Origin: an uncultured delta proteobacterium
GTDB taxonomy: Bacteria; Myxococcota_A; UBA9160; SZUA-336
Direction of reading: 5' to 3'
NCBI GenBank assembly: GCA_963707945.1
Contig: CAVPRM010000002.1
Location: forward strand, 1,212,340 to 1,276,339
Length of the DNA stretch: 64,000 nt
Below the pieces are notes generated by a model. It had not been told where the DNA came from. It was given only the letters and a program-made list of their open reading frames with translations, and ran no database searches. Made by a program: the position numbers and the translations under genes. Below are positions 19,919 to 29,549 of the stretch, piece by piece (within the stretch, counting starts at the first letter, position 1; each line of letters opens with the position of its first letter).

Positions 19919-22900
19919 ATGTTGAAGCTGTTCCGGCTCTCGATCTGGTTCACCTGTCTCGGGGCCGCGTCTCTCGCATCGGCCCAAGGGCAGCCCTATC
20001 TCGTCAAGGACGTGAACGCGACCCTGACCACGGCCGGCTCGTCGCCCGGCGAGGTCACACAGGTCGGAACCACCCTCTACTTCGTCACGACGCCGGCTTC
20101 CGAGAACGCGCTCTGGAAGACCAACGGCACCAGCGCCGGCACGGTGCTGGTCAAGCATCTGGGAGTCGCCGGAGCGAGCAACGCCGCGTCGCTCGTCGCG
20201 CTGAACGCGACCACCCTCCTCTTCACGGCGAGTGACTCCGCGGGCCGCGAGCCCTGGCGCAGCAACGGCACCGCGGCCGGCACGTTCCGCATCGGCGACT
20301 TCAACCCGGGCGCGGCGGACTCCATCCAGGGCCGCTTGACCGTGGTCAACGGCGTGGCGTACTACGTCGGCATCGACGCAGCGGCGGGCCGCGAGCTGTG
20401 GCGCACGGACGGCACCGCAGGCGGCACCTTGCGCGTGAAGGACATCCTGCCCGGGCCGGGTGACTCGAACATCTCAGGGCTCGTCGCGCTGAACGGCGTC
20501 CTCTATTTCACCGCGAACGACGGCACGAACGGCGCCGAGCTGTGGAAGAGCGACGGGACCGCGGTCGGGACGACCATGGTCAAGGACATCAACCCGACCG
20601 GAGGCTCGCTCCCGCTGCTGCCGGTTGCGCTCGGCAACCTGCTGTACTTCTCGGCGACCGACGGCACCTCCGGCTTCGAGCCCTGGAAGAGCGACGGCAC
20701 CAGCGCGGGCACCGTGCGCGTGGCCGACATCGCGCCGGCCGGCGCCTCGTCATCCCCCACGGCCTTCGCGCTGCTCGGGAGCACCGTCTACTTCGCCGCG
20801 AACGACGGCACCTCGGGCATGGAGCTCTGGAAGACCGACGCCGGCGGCACTGCGCTCGTCGCGAACATCGCGGCGGGCTCGGCCAGCTCGACCCCGGCGC
20901 TCCTGACCCCGCTGAACGGCGTCCTCTACTTCACCGCGACGACCACCGCGGCCGGCCGCGAGCTGTGGCGCAGCGACGGCACCGCGGCCGGCACGACGAT
21001 GGTGAAGGACATCTTCGCAGGCGCCACCGGCGGTATCTCGCCCGGCTCGGGTCTCGTCGCGATCGGCAGCCGGCTCTTCTTCGCGGCGAACGAGGGGACC
21101 GCCGGGAACGAGCCCTGGACGAGCGACGGCACCCCCGCCGGCACGGTGCGGCTGGCGGACATCTTCGCGGGCGCCAACCCCTCGACGCCGACCCCGTTCG
21201 TCGGCTCGAGCGGCCTCGCCTACTTCCCGGCCGACGACGAGACGATCGGCCGCGAGCTCTGGAAGAGCGACGGCACCCCCGCCGGCACGGTGCCGGTGAA
21301 GGACCTCACGCCGGGCAGCGGCGACTCGCTCTTCAGCACCGCGTTCGGCGATCTCGCCGGCACGGCGTTCTTCAGCGCCAGCGACGGCGTGAACGGAACG
21401 GAGCTCTGGAAGAGCAACGGAGCCGCACCCGGCACGACGCTCGTGAAGGACATCCGGCCGGGCGCGGCGGGCTCGGTGCCGAGCACCTTCAAGACCGCGA
21501 ACGGCCTCGTGTTCTTCCAGGCCGACGACGGCGCGAACGGCAGCGAGCTCTGGAAGAGCGACGGCACCAGCGTCGGGACGGCGATGGTCCGCAACATCGC
21601 GTCCGGCTCGGCCGGCTCGGGGGCGCTCCCGATCGGGACCATCGGCAGCGTGGTGCTGTTCTCCGCCAACGACGGCTCGGGAAACGGCCCGACGCTCTGG
21701 AAGAGCGACGGCACCAGCGGCGGAACCACCCAGCTGGCTGTCGTCGCCCCGTTCTCGAGCGGCGTCGTGCGGGCCGGCTTCTTCTACTTCCTGGGGGCGG
21801 ATCAGAACGCGGGCGGCGAGCTCTGGCGCACCAACGGCTCGAGCGCCTCGATGGTGGCGGACCTGAACCCGGACCTCGGGACCGGCTTCGCGATGGGCGC
21901 GTCGCTCGCCGCGGTCGGCAGCTCCGTCCTGTTCGCGGGCAACGACGGCGTGACCGGCATCGAGCTCTACGAGAGCGACGGCAGCGGCGCGACGCTCGTG
22001 AAGGACATCAACGAGGGCACCGACAACTCGTCGCCGCAGAGCTTCGCCGTGGCGAACGGAGTGCTGTTCTTCTCGGCCGACGACGGCGTCTCGGGCGTCG
22101 AGCTGTGGAAGAGCGACGGCTCGCCGGCCGGTACGGTGATGGTGAAGGACATCCAGCCGGGCCCGACGGGAAGCTCGCCGGCTCAGCTCGTCCCGGTGGG
22201 CTCGAACGTCTTCTTCCGCGCGAACGACGGAGTCTCCGGGATGGAGCTCTGGAAGAGTGACGGCACCGCCGCCGGCACGGTCCTGGTGCGCGACTTCGCG
22301 ACGGGCTCCCCCAGCTCCACGCCGCAGCCGTTGATCGCGGCGAACGGCGTTCTCTACCTCACGGTGAACGACGGTGTAACCGGCGCCGAGCTGTGGAGGA
22401 GCGATGGAACCGCACCGGGAACCGTGCTGGTGCGCGACATTTCGCCCGGCATCGGCGGCTCCACGCCGAGCCTGGCGACCCTGATCGGCTCGAACCTCTA
22501 TTTCGCCGCGCGGACTGACGCACAAGGGCTCGAGCCCTGGCTGCTGCCGCCCGTCGCTCTTCCCGACGGCGATCTCGACGGACTCAGTGACTCGGCCGAG
22601 CTCGGCCTCGGCTCGAACCCGGCCGACGCCGACTCCGACGACGACGGCCTGCCCGACGGCGCCGAGGAGTTCACGTACCACACGGGCGTCCTGGACGCCG
22701 ACTCCGACGACGACGGCGCGAGCGACGGCGCCGAGGTGACCGCCGGGAGCGATCCGCGCGAGCCGACCTCGGTGCCCCCGCCCCCGATCCCCGTCCCCGC
22801 GCTGCCCCCGAGCGCGGGGTTCGGCCTCGCCGGTCTGCTGCTCGCTTCGGCGCTGGCGAGCCTACGCCGCGGCCGCTCGAGCCAAGTCCGCTCGGAGCCA

Positions 22901-23044
22901 GGACCCGGTCCGAATCCCGCGGGTCGTCGGCGGACTCGGAGCGTATCCTCGGGCGCGCGATGGCCCTGGACACGAATGCATGCGAGCGCGCGCGGCAGGC
23001 CCGCGACCCGCGCTTCGACGGGCGCTTCTACATCGGGGTCGTGA
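19919..23044 (+). CDS. ELWxxDGT-repeat secreted protein with TSP3-like Ca-binding repeats and a PEP-CTERM-like C-terminal anchor
   Basis: Signal peptide MLKLFRLSIWFTCLGAASLASAQG, then about 17-18 units of roughly 48 aa each containing (E/A)(L/P)W(K/R)(S/T)(D/N)GT.AGT. These are followed by DGDLDGLSD...DADSDDDGLPDGAEE...DADSDDDGASDGAE, then IPVPALPPSAGFGLAGLLLASALASLRRGR. The ORF continues about 60 codons further and overlaps the next gene by 85 nt. Confidence 0.85.
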   Translation: MLKLFRLSIWFTCLGAASLASAQGQPYLVKDVNATLTTAGSSPGEVTQVGTTLYFVTTPASENALWKTNGTSAGTVLVKHLGVAGASNAASLVALNATTLLFTASDSAGREPWRSNGTAAGTFRIGDFNPGAADSIQGRLTVVNGVAYYVGIDAAAGRELWRTDGTAGGTLRVKDILPGPGDSNISGLVALNGVLYFTANDGTNGAELWKSDGTAVGTTMVKDINPTGGSLPLLPVALGNLLYFSATDGTSGFEPWKSDGTSAGTVRVADIAPAGASSSPTAFALLGSTVYFAANDGTSGMELWKTDAGGTALVANIAAGSASSTPALLTPLNGVLYFTATTTAAGRELWRSDGTAAGTTMVKDIFAGATGGISPGSGLVAIGSRLFFAANEGTAGNEPWTSDGTPAGTVRLADIFAGANPSTPTPFVGSSGLAYFPADDETIGRELWKSDGTPAGTVPVKDLTPGSGDSLFSTAFGDLAGTAFFSASDGVNGTELWKSNGAAPGTTLVKDIRPGAAGSVPSTFKTANGLVFFQADDGANGSELWKSDGTSVGTAMVRNIASGSAGSGALPIGTIGSVVLFSANDGSGNGPTLWKSDGTSGGTTQLAVVAPFSSGVVRAGFFYFLGADQNAGGELWRTNGSSASMVADLNPDLGTGFAMGASLAAVGSSVLFAGNDGVTGIELYESDGSGATLVKDINEGTDNSSPQSFAVANGVLFFSADDGVSGVELWKSDGSPAGTVMVKDIQPGPTGSSPAQLVPVGSNVFFRANDGVSGMELWKSDGTAAGTVLVRDFATGSPSSTPQPLIAANGVLYLTVNDGVTGAELWRSDGTAPGTVLVRDISPGIGGSTPSLATLIGSNLYFAARTDAQGLEPWLLPPVALPDGDLDGLSDSAELGLGSNPADADSDDDGLPDGAEEFTYHTGVLDADSDDDGASDGAEVTAGSDPREPTSVPPPPIPVPALPPSAGFGLAGLLLASALASLRRGRSSQVRSEPGPGPNPAGRRRTRSVSSGARWPWTRMHASARGRPATRASTGASTSGS

Positions 23045-24417
23045 CGACGGGCGTCTACTGCCGGCCGATCTGCCCGGTGCGGATGCCGAAGGCCGAGAAC
23101 GTGCGCTTCTACCCGAGCGCGGCTGCAGCCGCGGCGGCGGGCTTCAGGCCATGCCTGCGCTGCCGGCCCGAGTCGTCGCCCGGCGCGCCGGTCGCGCGCG
23201 GAACCGGGGCGACCGTGGCGCGCGCGCTGCGGCTGATCGACGAGGGCGCCCTCGACCGCGACGGCGTGGACGCGCTGGCGGCTCGGCTCGGCGTCGGCGC
23301 GCGGCATCTCGGCCGGCTGTTCGTCCGGCACCTGGGCGCCTCGCCGATCCAGGTCGCGCAGACCCGGCGGCTGCACCTGGCGGTGAAGCTGCTCGACGAG
23401 ACGGATCTCGCGGTGACCGAGATCGCCTACGCCGCGGGGTTCGGCAGCGTGCGGCGCTTCAACGAGGTGGTGCGCGCGACCTATCGGCGGCCGCCCGGGA
23501 GCCTGCGCCGCCGGCGCAATCGCGAGGCGGCGACGGGGCTGCGCCTCGAGCTCGCCTATCGCCCGCCGCTCGACTGGTCGCATCTCCTCGCCTTCCTCGA
23601 GCTGCGCGCGGTGCCCGGGCTCGAGGAGGTCGCTGGCGGGCGCTACCGGCGCACGATCGCGCTCGGCGGCCGCCACGGCTGGATCGAGGTCGGACACATG
23701 GAGGAGACGTACAAGCTCGAGCTCCTGGTCCACTTCCCCGACGTCAGCGCGCTGGCCGGAATCGTCGCGCGCGTGCGCGCCGCCTTCGACCTCGACGCGG
23801 ACCCGCTCACGATCGAGCGCGACCTCGCGGCCGATCCGCTCCTCGCCGGTCGGCTGGCCGCGGCGCCCGGCCTGCGCGTGCCCGGCGCCTGGGACGGCTT
23901 CGAGCTGGCGGTGCGCGCGGTGCTCGGCCAGGCGATCAGCGTGGTCGCCGCGCGCACGCTGACCGCCCGTCTGGTGGAGCGCTTCGGCCCGGAGGTCGGC
24001 GAGCGCGGCTGCGCGCGGATCTTCCCGAGCGCCGAGACGCTGGCCGCGGCCGACCTCGACGGGCTCGGCATCCCGGCCCCGCGCGCGGCGGCGATTCGCG
24101 CTCTGGCCTGCGCGGTCGCCGACGGCAAGCTCGACTTCGCGAGCCCGCCCGAGCTCGACGCGCTGGCCGCCGCCCTCGAGTCGCTGCCCGGGCTCGGCCC
24201 CTGGACGGCCCAGTACATCGCGATGCGCGCGGGCCGCCAGCCCGACGCTTTTCCGTGTGGCGATCTCGGCCTGCGCCGCGGCGCCGCCGCCTGTCTCGGC
24301 GAGCTGGGGGCGACGCTGTCCGCGCGGAAGCTGGAAGGCCTCGCCGACCGCTGGCGCCCCTGGCGCGCCTACGCGGCCATGCACCTCTGGTCGGCCTACG
24401 GCGAGCTGCGCGGTTGA
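22960..24417 (+). CDS. Ada-type methylphosphotriester Zn domain / AraC HTH / AlkA DNA-3-methyladenine glycosylase II fusion
   Basis: FYIGVVTTGVYCRPICP...FRPCLRCRP (Ada Zn), IAYAAGFGSVRRFNEVVR (AraC HTH), and a C-terminal HhH-GPD-like LPGLGPWTAQYIAMRA ... DAFPCGDLGL. Confidence 0.85.
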   Translation: MALDTNACERARQARDPRFDGRFYIGVVTTGVYCRPICPVRMPKAENVRFYPSAAAAAAAGFRPCLRCRPESSPGAPVARGTGATVARALRLIDEGALDRDGVDALAARLGVGARHLGRLFVRHLGASPIQVAQTRRLHLAVKLLDETDLAVTEIAYAAGFGSVRRFNEVVRATYRRPPGSLRRRRNREAATGLRLELAYRPPLDWSHLLAFLELRAVPGLEEVAGGRYRRTIALGGRHGWIEVGHMEETYKLELLVHFPDVSALAGIVARVRAAFDLDADPLTIERDLAADPLLAGRLAAAPGLRVPGAWDGFELAVRAVLGQAISVVAARTLTARLVERFGPEVGERGCARIFPSAETLAAADLDGLGIPAPRAAAIRALACAVADGKLDFASPPELDALAAALESLPGLGPWTAQYIAMRAGRQPDAFPCGDLGLRRGAAACLGELGATLSARKLEGLADRWRPWRAYAAMHLWSAYGELRG

Positions 24418-24418
24418 G

Positions 24419-24901
24419 TCAGGGCAGGCGCGCGTACATCCCGTAGAGCACGTAGGCCGCACCCGCGGCGCCGAGCATGCTCGAGACCAGCGCCGTCCAG
24501 CCGGCGCGCCGGTGGGTGCGCAGGATCGTGCCCCGCGCGGCCGCTGCCCGCGCGATCGGATCGATCAGGCGGCGGCGAGTGGCGATCGCGAATGCGGTCC
24601 CTCCCGCGAGCACCATCGCCGCAATGCACAGCTCGTGGAAGCGCAGCACGTGCACGTAGCGCGGCTCCCAGAGCTCGAGCTGCTCGCGGCCGAGCGCGAA
24701 CACCTTCAGCAGGTAGGAGACGAGGAACAGCCCGACCAGCGCGCCCGCGGTCTTCATCAGCCGCGCGTGGCCGGCGACGTCGCCGCCGCGCACCCGGCGC
24801 ACGCCCAGGCAAGCGCACGCGATCGTCGCGAGCATGTTCGCGAGCGCGGCGGTCCAGTAGACGACCTTGGGATCGAGCTCCACCCGCGCGGAGCATAACA
24901 A
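24419..24901 (-). CDS. DUF420-like membrane protein
   Basis: Four hydrophobic helices with His-containing motifs (GHARLMKTAG, VLRFHELCIAAMV, THRRAGWTALV), the pattern I associate with DUF420. Confidence 0.6.
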   Translation of the reverse strand: MLCSARVELDPKVVYWTAALANMLATIACACLGVRRVRGGDVAGHARLMKTAGALVGLFLVSYLLKVFALGREQLELWEPRYVHVLRFHELCIAAMVLAGGTAFAIATRRRLIDPIARAAAARGTILRTHRRAGWTALVSSMLGAAGAAYVLYGMYARLP

Positions 24902-24961
24902 CGGTGGCGACCCAAGGGCATCGGGCTACCATGCGCGCAGGGGATTGTGGGAGGTTACCTC

Positions 24962-25435
24962 GTGACGACCATTCGAGCGTTCGCAGTTTGCGGCGTCGTG
25001 TCTCTCTTCATGCTCGCCGCGTCGGGCGCGCGCGCTCAGTCGGACGGCATTCCGACGATCACCGGCGCGTGGACCGGCAAGATCAGCTCGGTCTACTGGG
25101 ACCAGACGGCTGACGGGTCGCCGCACCCCAAGCACAAGTTCAAGTCGAAGGTCGACGTCTCGATCGATCAGAAGGGCGGCTCGATCCTGCTGACCTTCAG
25201 CTTCAACGACGACCTGCCCGTGGACGCTGGCGGCGGCACTTCTTCGCTCGTCCTCACGGGCAATGTCGGCAACTACCACCTGAGCGGGGTGGCCGAGGCC
25301 GCTCCGGGAGTCCCGGCCGTCGCGGTCTCCGGCACCTCGAACAAGAAGGGCACCAAGATCACACTCAAGGGTGTCGCCGCTTCCGACGACTTCACTCAAG
25401 AGATCAAGATCAAGATCAAACGAATCGCGCCGTAG
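24962..25435 (+). CDS. secreted hypothetical protein
   Basis: GTG 24962 lies 6 nt after GGGAGG. Signal peptide VTTIRAFAVCGVVSLFMLAASGARAQ, then a beta-rich small protein ending EIKIKIKRIAP. Confidence 0.6.
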   Translation: MTTIRAFAVCGVVSLFMLAASGARAQSDGIPTITGAWTGKISSVYWDQTADGSPHPKHKFKSKVDVSIDQKGGSILLTFSFNDDLPVDAGGGTSSLVLTGNVGNYHLSGVAEAAPGVPAVAVSGTSNKKGTKITLKGVAASDDFTQEIKIKIKRIAP

Positions 25436-25444
25436 TCCTATCGA

Positions 25445-25539
25445 CTTCGCTCGCCTTCGGCTCGCTGCGCGCTTCGCTTGCGACCTCGCTCGCCGACATC
25501 GGACCGCGGGGCGATGTCCCGCGGTGGGCCCTCGCTCGG
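25445..25539 (+). repeat. GC-rich REP/MITE-like repeat, copy D (full length)
   Basis: CTTCGCTCGCCTTCGGCTCGCTGCGCGC ... palindrome GACATCGGACCGCGGGGCGATGTC (25495-25518) ... GGGCCCTCGCTCGG. It fills the gap between two convergent stops (25435 and 25548). Confidence 0.8.
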
Positions 25540-25547
25540 CCTCCCCG

Positions 25548-26708
25548 CTAGCGGCGCAGCTCGGCGAGGACCTCGGCGGTGTGCTCGCCGAGCGCTGGCA
25601 CCTTCGCTCGCGGCGTCACGTCGGCGCCGCTGAAGAGGACCGGCGAGCCCACGTTTCTCTGGGTTCCGCCCGCGCCGTCCGGCACGTCGACGAAGGCGCG
25701 CGCCGCGATCGCCTGGCGGTCCTGCACGACTTCGGCCGGCGTGTTGACCGGCGCCCACCAGAGGTCGGCGGCGTCGAAGCGCGGGATCCACGCGTCGAGC
25801 GGCCGCTTGGCGAACTGCTCGTCGAGGATCTTGATCAGCTCGCGGCAGTTCGCGGCGCGGGCCGTGGGCGTCGCGAAGCGCGGGTCGGCGACGAGCGAGG
25901 CGAGGTCGAACGCCTCGCACATGCGCGGCCAGTGCCGCTCCGCCTCCACCCCGAGCATCCAGACCCAGCGGCCGTCGCCCGCCTTGAACGAGGTGATCGT
26001 CGGCGACGGCGAGTCCTCGCGCTTGCCCAGCGGGAGGACGGCGCCGAACGCGAGCTGCTGCGCCACGTCGAAGCCGATCGTGTAGATCCCGCTGCGCAGG
26101 AGGCACGCGTCGACGAGCTGCCCCTTGCCGGTGCGCTCGCGCGCGAGCAGCGCCGCCAGCACGCCGGCCAGACAGTGGCTGCCCGTGATGTGGTCGCCGA
26201 AGCCCGCGCGCGAGCCCGCGGGCTCGCCGCCCGCCGGCGCGAGGATCGAGCCGATCCCCGAGCGCGACCAGAACGCGCCGATGTCGTACGCCGCGCGCGC
26301 GGCGTCCGGCCCCTCCTGGCCGTAGCCGGTCACGTGCCCGTAGACGAGCCGCGGGTTCTCGGCCGAGAGCGACGCGTAGTCGAGCCCGAGCCGCGCGAGC
26401 GCATCGGCCCGGTAGTTCGTGATGAACACGTCCGCGCCCAGCACCAGAGCACGCGCCGCCTCGCGTGCGGCGGGCTCGGCCAGGTCCAGCACGACCGAGC
26501 GCTTGCCGCGGTTGTCGAGGTCGAAGCCCGGGCAGGACGGCAGCTCGACCCCCGCGAGCGCGCGGTAGAACTGCCTCATCGGGTCACCGCGCGGCGGCTC
26601 GATCTTCACCACGTCGGCGCCCCAATCGGCGAGGAGCCCCGCCGTCGCCGGGGCCGCAACCCAGAAAGCCATCTCCACCACGCGCACGCCTTGAAGAAGC
26701 ATGCCCAT
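25548..26708 (-). CDS. CaiB/BaiF family (class III) CoA-transferase
   Basis: MGMLLQGVRVVEMAFWVAAPATAGLLADWGADVVKIEPP ... FITNYR ... YDIGAFW is the typical family III CoA-transferase pattern. The ATG lies inside a long shadow ORF. Confidence 0.85.
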   Translation of the reverse strand: MGMLLQGVRVVEMAFWVAAPATAGLLADWGADVVKIEPPRGDPMRQFYRALAGVELPSCPGFDLDNRGKRSVVLDLAEPAAREAARALVLGADVFITNYRADALARLGLDYASLSAENPRLVYGHVTGYGQEGPDAARAAYDIGAFWSRSGIGSILAPAGGEPAGSRAGFGDHITGSHCLAGVLAALLARERTGKGQLVDACLLRSGIYTIGFDVAQQLAFGAVLPLGKREDSPSPTITSFKAGDGRWVWMLGVEAERHWPRMCEAFDLASLVADPRFATPTARAANCRELIKILDEQFAKRPLDAWIPRFDAADLWWAPVNTPAEVVQDRQAIAARAFVDVPDGAGGTQRNVGSPVLFSGADVTPRAKVPALGEHTAEVLAELRR

Positions 26709-26759
26709 AGTCTGGCACGGTTGACGGCGCGGGAGGCGGCCAGTACACCCGCCCGCATC

Positions 26760-27906
26760 ATGTCGCAGCCCTCGCAGCGCGCCCGCTCGATCGAGCCGTT
26801 CCTCGCGATGGAGGTCCTGGAGCGCGCGCAGGAGCTCGAGCGCGCCGGCGCCGACGTGATCCACCTCGAGATCGGGGAGCCCGAGTTCCCGGCGCCCGCG
26901 GCGGCGGTCGAAGCGGCCCGGCGGGCGCTCGCGGACGAGCCGTCCCGCTACACCGACAGCCGCGGGCTGCTCGAGCTCCGCGAGGCGATCGCGCGCGACC
27001 ACGCGCGCCGCAGCGGTGTCGCCGTGGACCCCGCGCGCGTGCTGGTCGCGGCGGGCACCTCGCCGGCGCTCCTGCTCGCGTTCACCTACCTGCTCGACCC
27101 GGGCGACGAGGTCGTGCTCGGCACGCCGCACTACGCCTGCTACCCGAACCTGATCCGCGCGGCGGGCGGGGTCCCGGTGTTCGTCGAGACGCGCGCGGCG
27201 GATGGCTACCCGCTGCGCGCCGCCGACGTGCGCCGCATGCTCACGCCGCGCACGCGCGCGATCGTGGTCGCCTCGCCCGCAAACCCGACCGGGGCCGTGC
27301 AAGCGCGCGCCGATCTCGAGGCGCTGGCGGCGCTCGGCCCGCCGCTCGTCTCGGACGAGATCTACGACGGCCTGGTCTACGACGGCGCACGGGTCACCTC
27401 GGCGCTCGAGCTCGGCCGCGACGCGTTCGTGCTCGACGGCTTCTCGAAGCGCTACGCGATGACCGGCTTCCGGCTCGGCTACCTGATCGCGCCGGCGCGG
27501 GCGTCGCGCGCGCTGCAGAGCCTGGCGCAGAACCTGTTCATCTCGGTCGCGAGCTTCGTGCAGCGCGCCGGGATCGCGGCGCTCGAGCACGGCGCCGCCA
27601 CGACCGCGGCGATGCGCGACGCCTACGCGCTCCGCCGCGGCGTGCTGATGGACGGCTTGAAGCGGCTGGGCTTCGAGGTCCCCGTCGCGCCGCGCGGCGC
27701 GTTCTACGTGTTCGCCGACGCGCGGCGCATCGACGCCGACTCGCGCGCGGCTGTCCTCGCGAGTGCTCGAGGAGGCGCACGTCGCGGTCACTCCCGGCGT
27801 CGACTTCGGCGCCGCGGGCGAGGGCTACCTGCGCTTCTCGTGCACCGCGGCGGAGGCCGAGATCCACGAGGCGCTGGCGCGGATCGCGCGCGTGATCGGT
27901 CGCTAG
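26760..27906 (+). pseudogene. class I/II pyridoxal-phosphate aminotransferase, frameshift near 27750
   Basis: IHLEIGEPEFP, ASPANPTG and the SKRYAMTGFRLGY (PLP Lys) motifs. After ...ADARRIDADSRA the conserved tail LSSRVLEEAHVAVTPGVDFGAAGEGYLRFS...VIGR* is in the next frame (extra g at about 27750). Confidence 0.8.
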
Positions 27907-28676
27907 CCAGCGACCAGCACGCCGTCGGCGACGAGCTCGGCCGCGATCTCGGCCACGTCGGCCTCGGACTCGCCGCAAACTCGCGCCAGCTCGGCGAGCG
28001 TCCGCGGCCTGCCGGCCGCGTCGAGAAGCCGCGCCAGGTCGGGCGCAAGCCGCTCGGCCTGCACGTCGCGCAGCCGGAACGGCTTGGCCTCGCGCTCGGC
28101 GATCACGAGCACCGTCTCCTCGCCGGCCGAGTCGAGCTCGAACGCGGGCAGAGGCGCGGCGCGATCGAGCGCCTCGCGCACGCGTACGGCGAGCTCGAGC
28201 GCACCGGCCGGCAGCGCGACGAGCCAGGCCCACGGCGCGAGGGCCAGCTCGCCGCGCCCCGGTGCGCTGGCCGCCCGCAGCTCCCGGCGCGCGCGCGCGA
28301 GCGCGCGCTCGAGCGCCGCCAGCGCGCGCGCCGCGGAGGTCCGCGACGCGCTGCTGCGCTCCGCGTAGCGGCCGAAGGCGAGCGGCAGGCTCGCGTCGAA
28401 CTGCACCGCCTCGTGGAACTCGGCCGAGCTCGTGAAGCCCTCGGCCACCACGCCGGCCGCGCGCGAGAGCGCGAACTCCTCGGAGACGTTGCGCAGGAAC
28501 TGGCCGAGCCGGCGCAGGTCGCGATCCGCGGAGAGCGCGCCCGGATCCGCGCCGCGCAGGAGGGCGAGCTCCGCCGCGCCCAGCTGCGCGTCGGTCTCGC
28601 CCGCGCGCAGCCGCGCCGCGAAGGCGGGATCGAGCTGCATGCGGAACAGGGCTCTCTGCACCGCCCGGTGGTTCAC
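27903..28676 (-). CDS. partner protein of the DUF692/MNIO-like enzyme, with RRE/winged-helix-like C-terminus
   Basis: GTG 28676 overlaps the upstream stop (GTGA). The protein is 257 aa. The C-terminus RTLAELARVCGESEADVAEIAAELVADGVLVAG resembles PqqD/RRE-type peptide-recognition wHTH. It sits where DUF2063/MbnC/TglI-type partners sit next to DUF692 genes. Confidence 0.6.
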   Translation of the reverse strand: MNHRAVQRALFRMQLDPAFAARLRAGETDAQLGAAELALLRGADPGALSADRDLRRLGQFLRNVSEEFALSRAAGVVAEGFTSSAEFHEAVQFDASLPLAFGRYAERSSASRTSAARALAALERALARARRELRAASAPGRGELALAPWAWLVALPAGALELAVRVREALDRAAPLPAFELDSAGEETVLVIAEREAKPFRLRDVQAERLAPDLARLLDAAGRPRTLAELARVCGESEADVAEIAAELVADGVLVAG

Positions 28677-29544
28677 GGGAACGCGCGCCGCAGGCGCTCG
28701 AAGGTCGGGATCACCTCGCCCGCCGCGTTGCGCTCGCACTCGAACACGAGCGCGCGCAGGTTCGGCGCGCGCGGCAGCACCGCCTCGAAGATCTCCCAGG
28801 TGTCGCGGAGCGGTGTCGGCGCGTGGTCGTCGTCGACGAAGGTCCGGCCGGCGTGCGCGAACTCGCTCGCGCCGGCGACGTGGATCTCCACGACGCGCTC
28901 GAGCGGGTAGCCGTCGAGCCCGTCGAGCGGCGCGTGTCCCGTCGCGCGCTGGTAGATCGCCAGGTGCGCGACGTCGAGCAGGAGCCCCGAGTCCGCCTGC
29001 TCGGCTACGCGGCGCGAAGTAGTCGAGCAGGTGCAGATCGCCCAGGTAGACGTGCGCGGGCGGATTCTCGGGCAGCACCTCGAAGCGGGTGGACTCGCGC
29101 AGCCGGCGCACGTTGTCGGCCATCTCGCGCGCGGAGTCCGCGCACAGGATCGGCGGCGCGAGCAGCCCGTGGCCGCGGTCGCGCCGGCCCAGGTGCCACA
29201 GTCCTGCGTCGCCGCACAGCCAGGCCGCGCCGAGCTCGCGCGCCAGCGCGGCCACCGCGCCGACCCACTCGGGCGAGAGGCTCTCGCGCTCCTCGAGGTT
29301 GCCGTCGAGCAGGTGATAGGTCGTCGGCCAGGCCGCCGCGCACCACGCGCGTACGGTGGCGTCCACGCCGCGCTCGAGGTCGACGCCGATCTCGAGAAAC
29401 TCGCACAGCTCCGGGCGCGCACGGCGCAGCGCCAGCGGATCGAGCCCGGACGCGGACGCGCCGAACTCGGTCGAGATGCCCGAGCCCGAGCCGCGGCAGC
29501 GCCGCCGCCCGAGCGGCGAACGGTGCGCTCGGGTCGTACCCCAT
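28673..29544 (-). pseudogene. divergent DUF692/MNIO-like (xylose-isomerase-like TIM barrel) enzyme, 2 frameshifts as sequenced
   Basis: The segments are MGYDPSAPFAARAAALPRLGLG, then ISTEFGAS...CEFLEIGVDLE...YHLLDGNL...LPENPPAHVY..., then RVAEQADSGLLLDVAHL...VVEIHVAGAS...VDDDHAPT...LVFECERN...*. The block order resembles DUF692 (lEN, LLDvnN, eiHlAG, DtH, iEwD). The shifts are near 29478 and 29011. Confidence 0.65.
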
Positions 29545-29549
29545 CGCAG

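Noticed and set aside
25400-25425. ATCAAG x3 microsatellite
   Set aside because: It lies inside the 24962-25435 CDS and simply encodes EIKIKIK near the C-terminus. It is too short to be a meaningful tandem-repeat locus.
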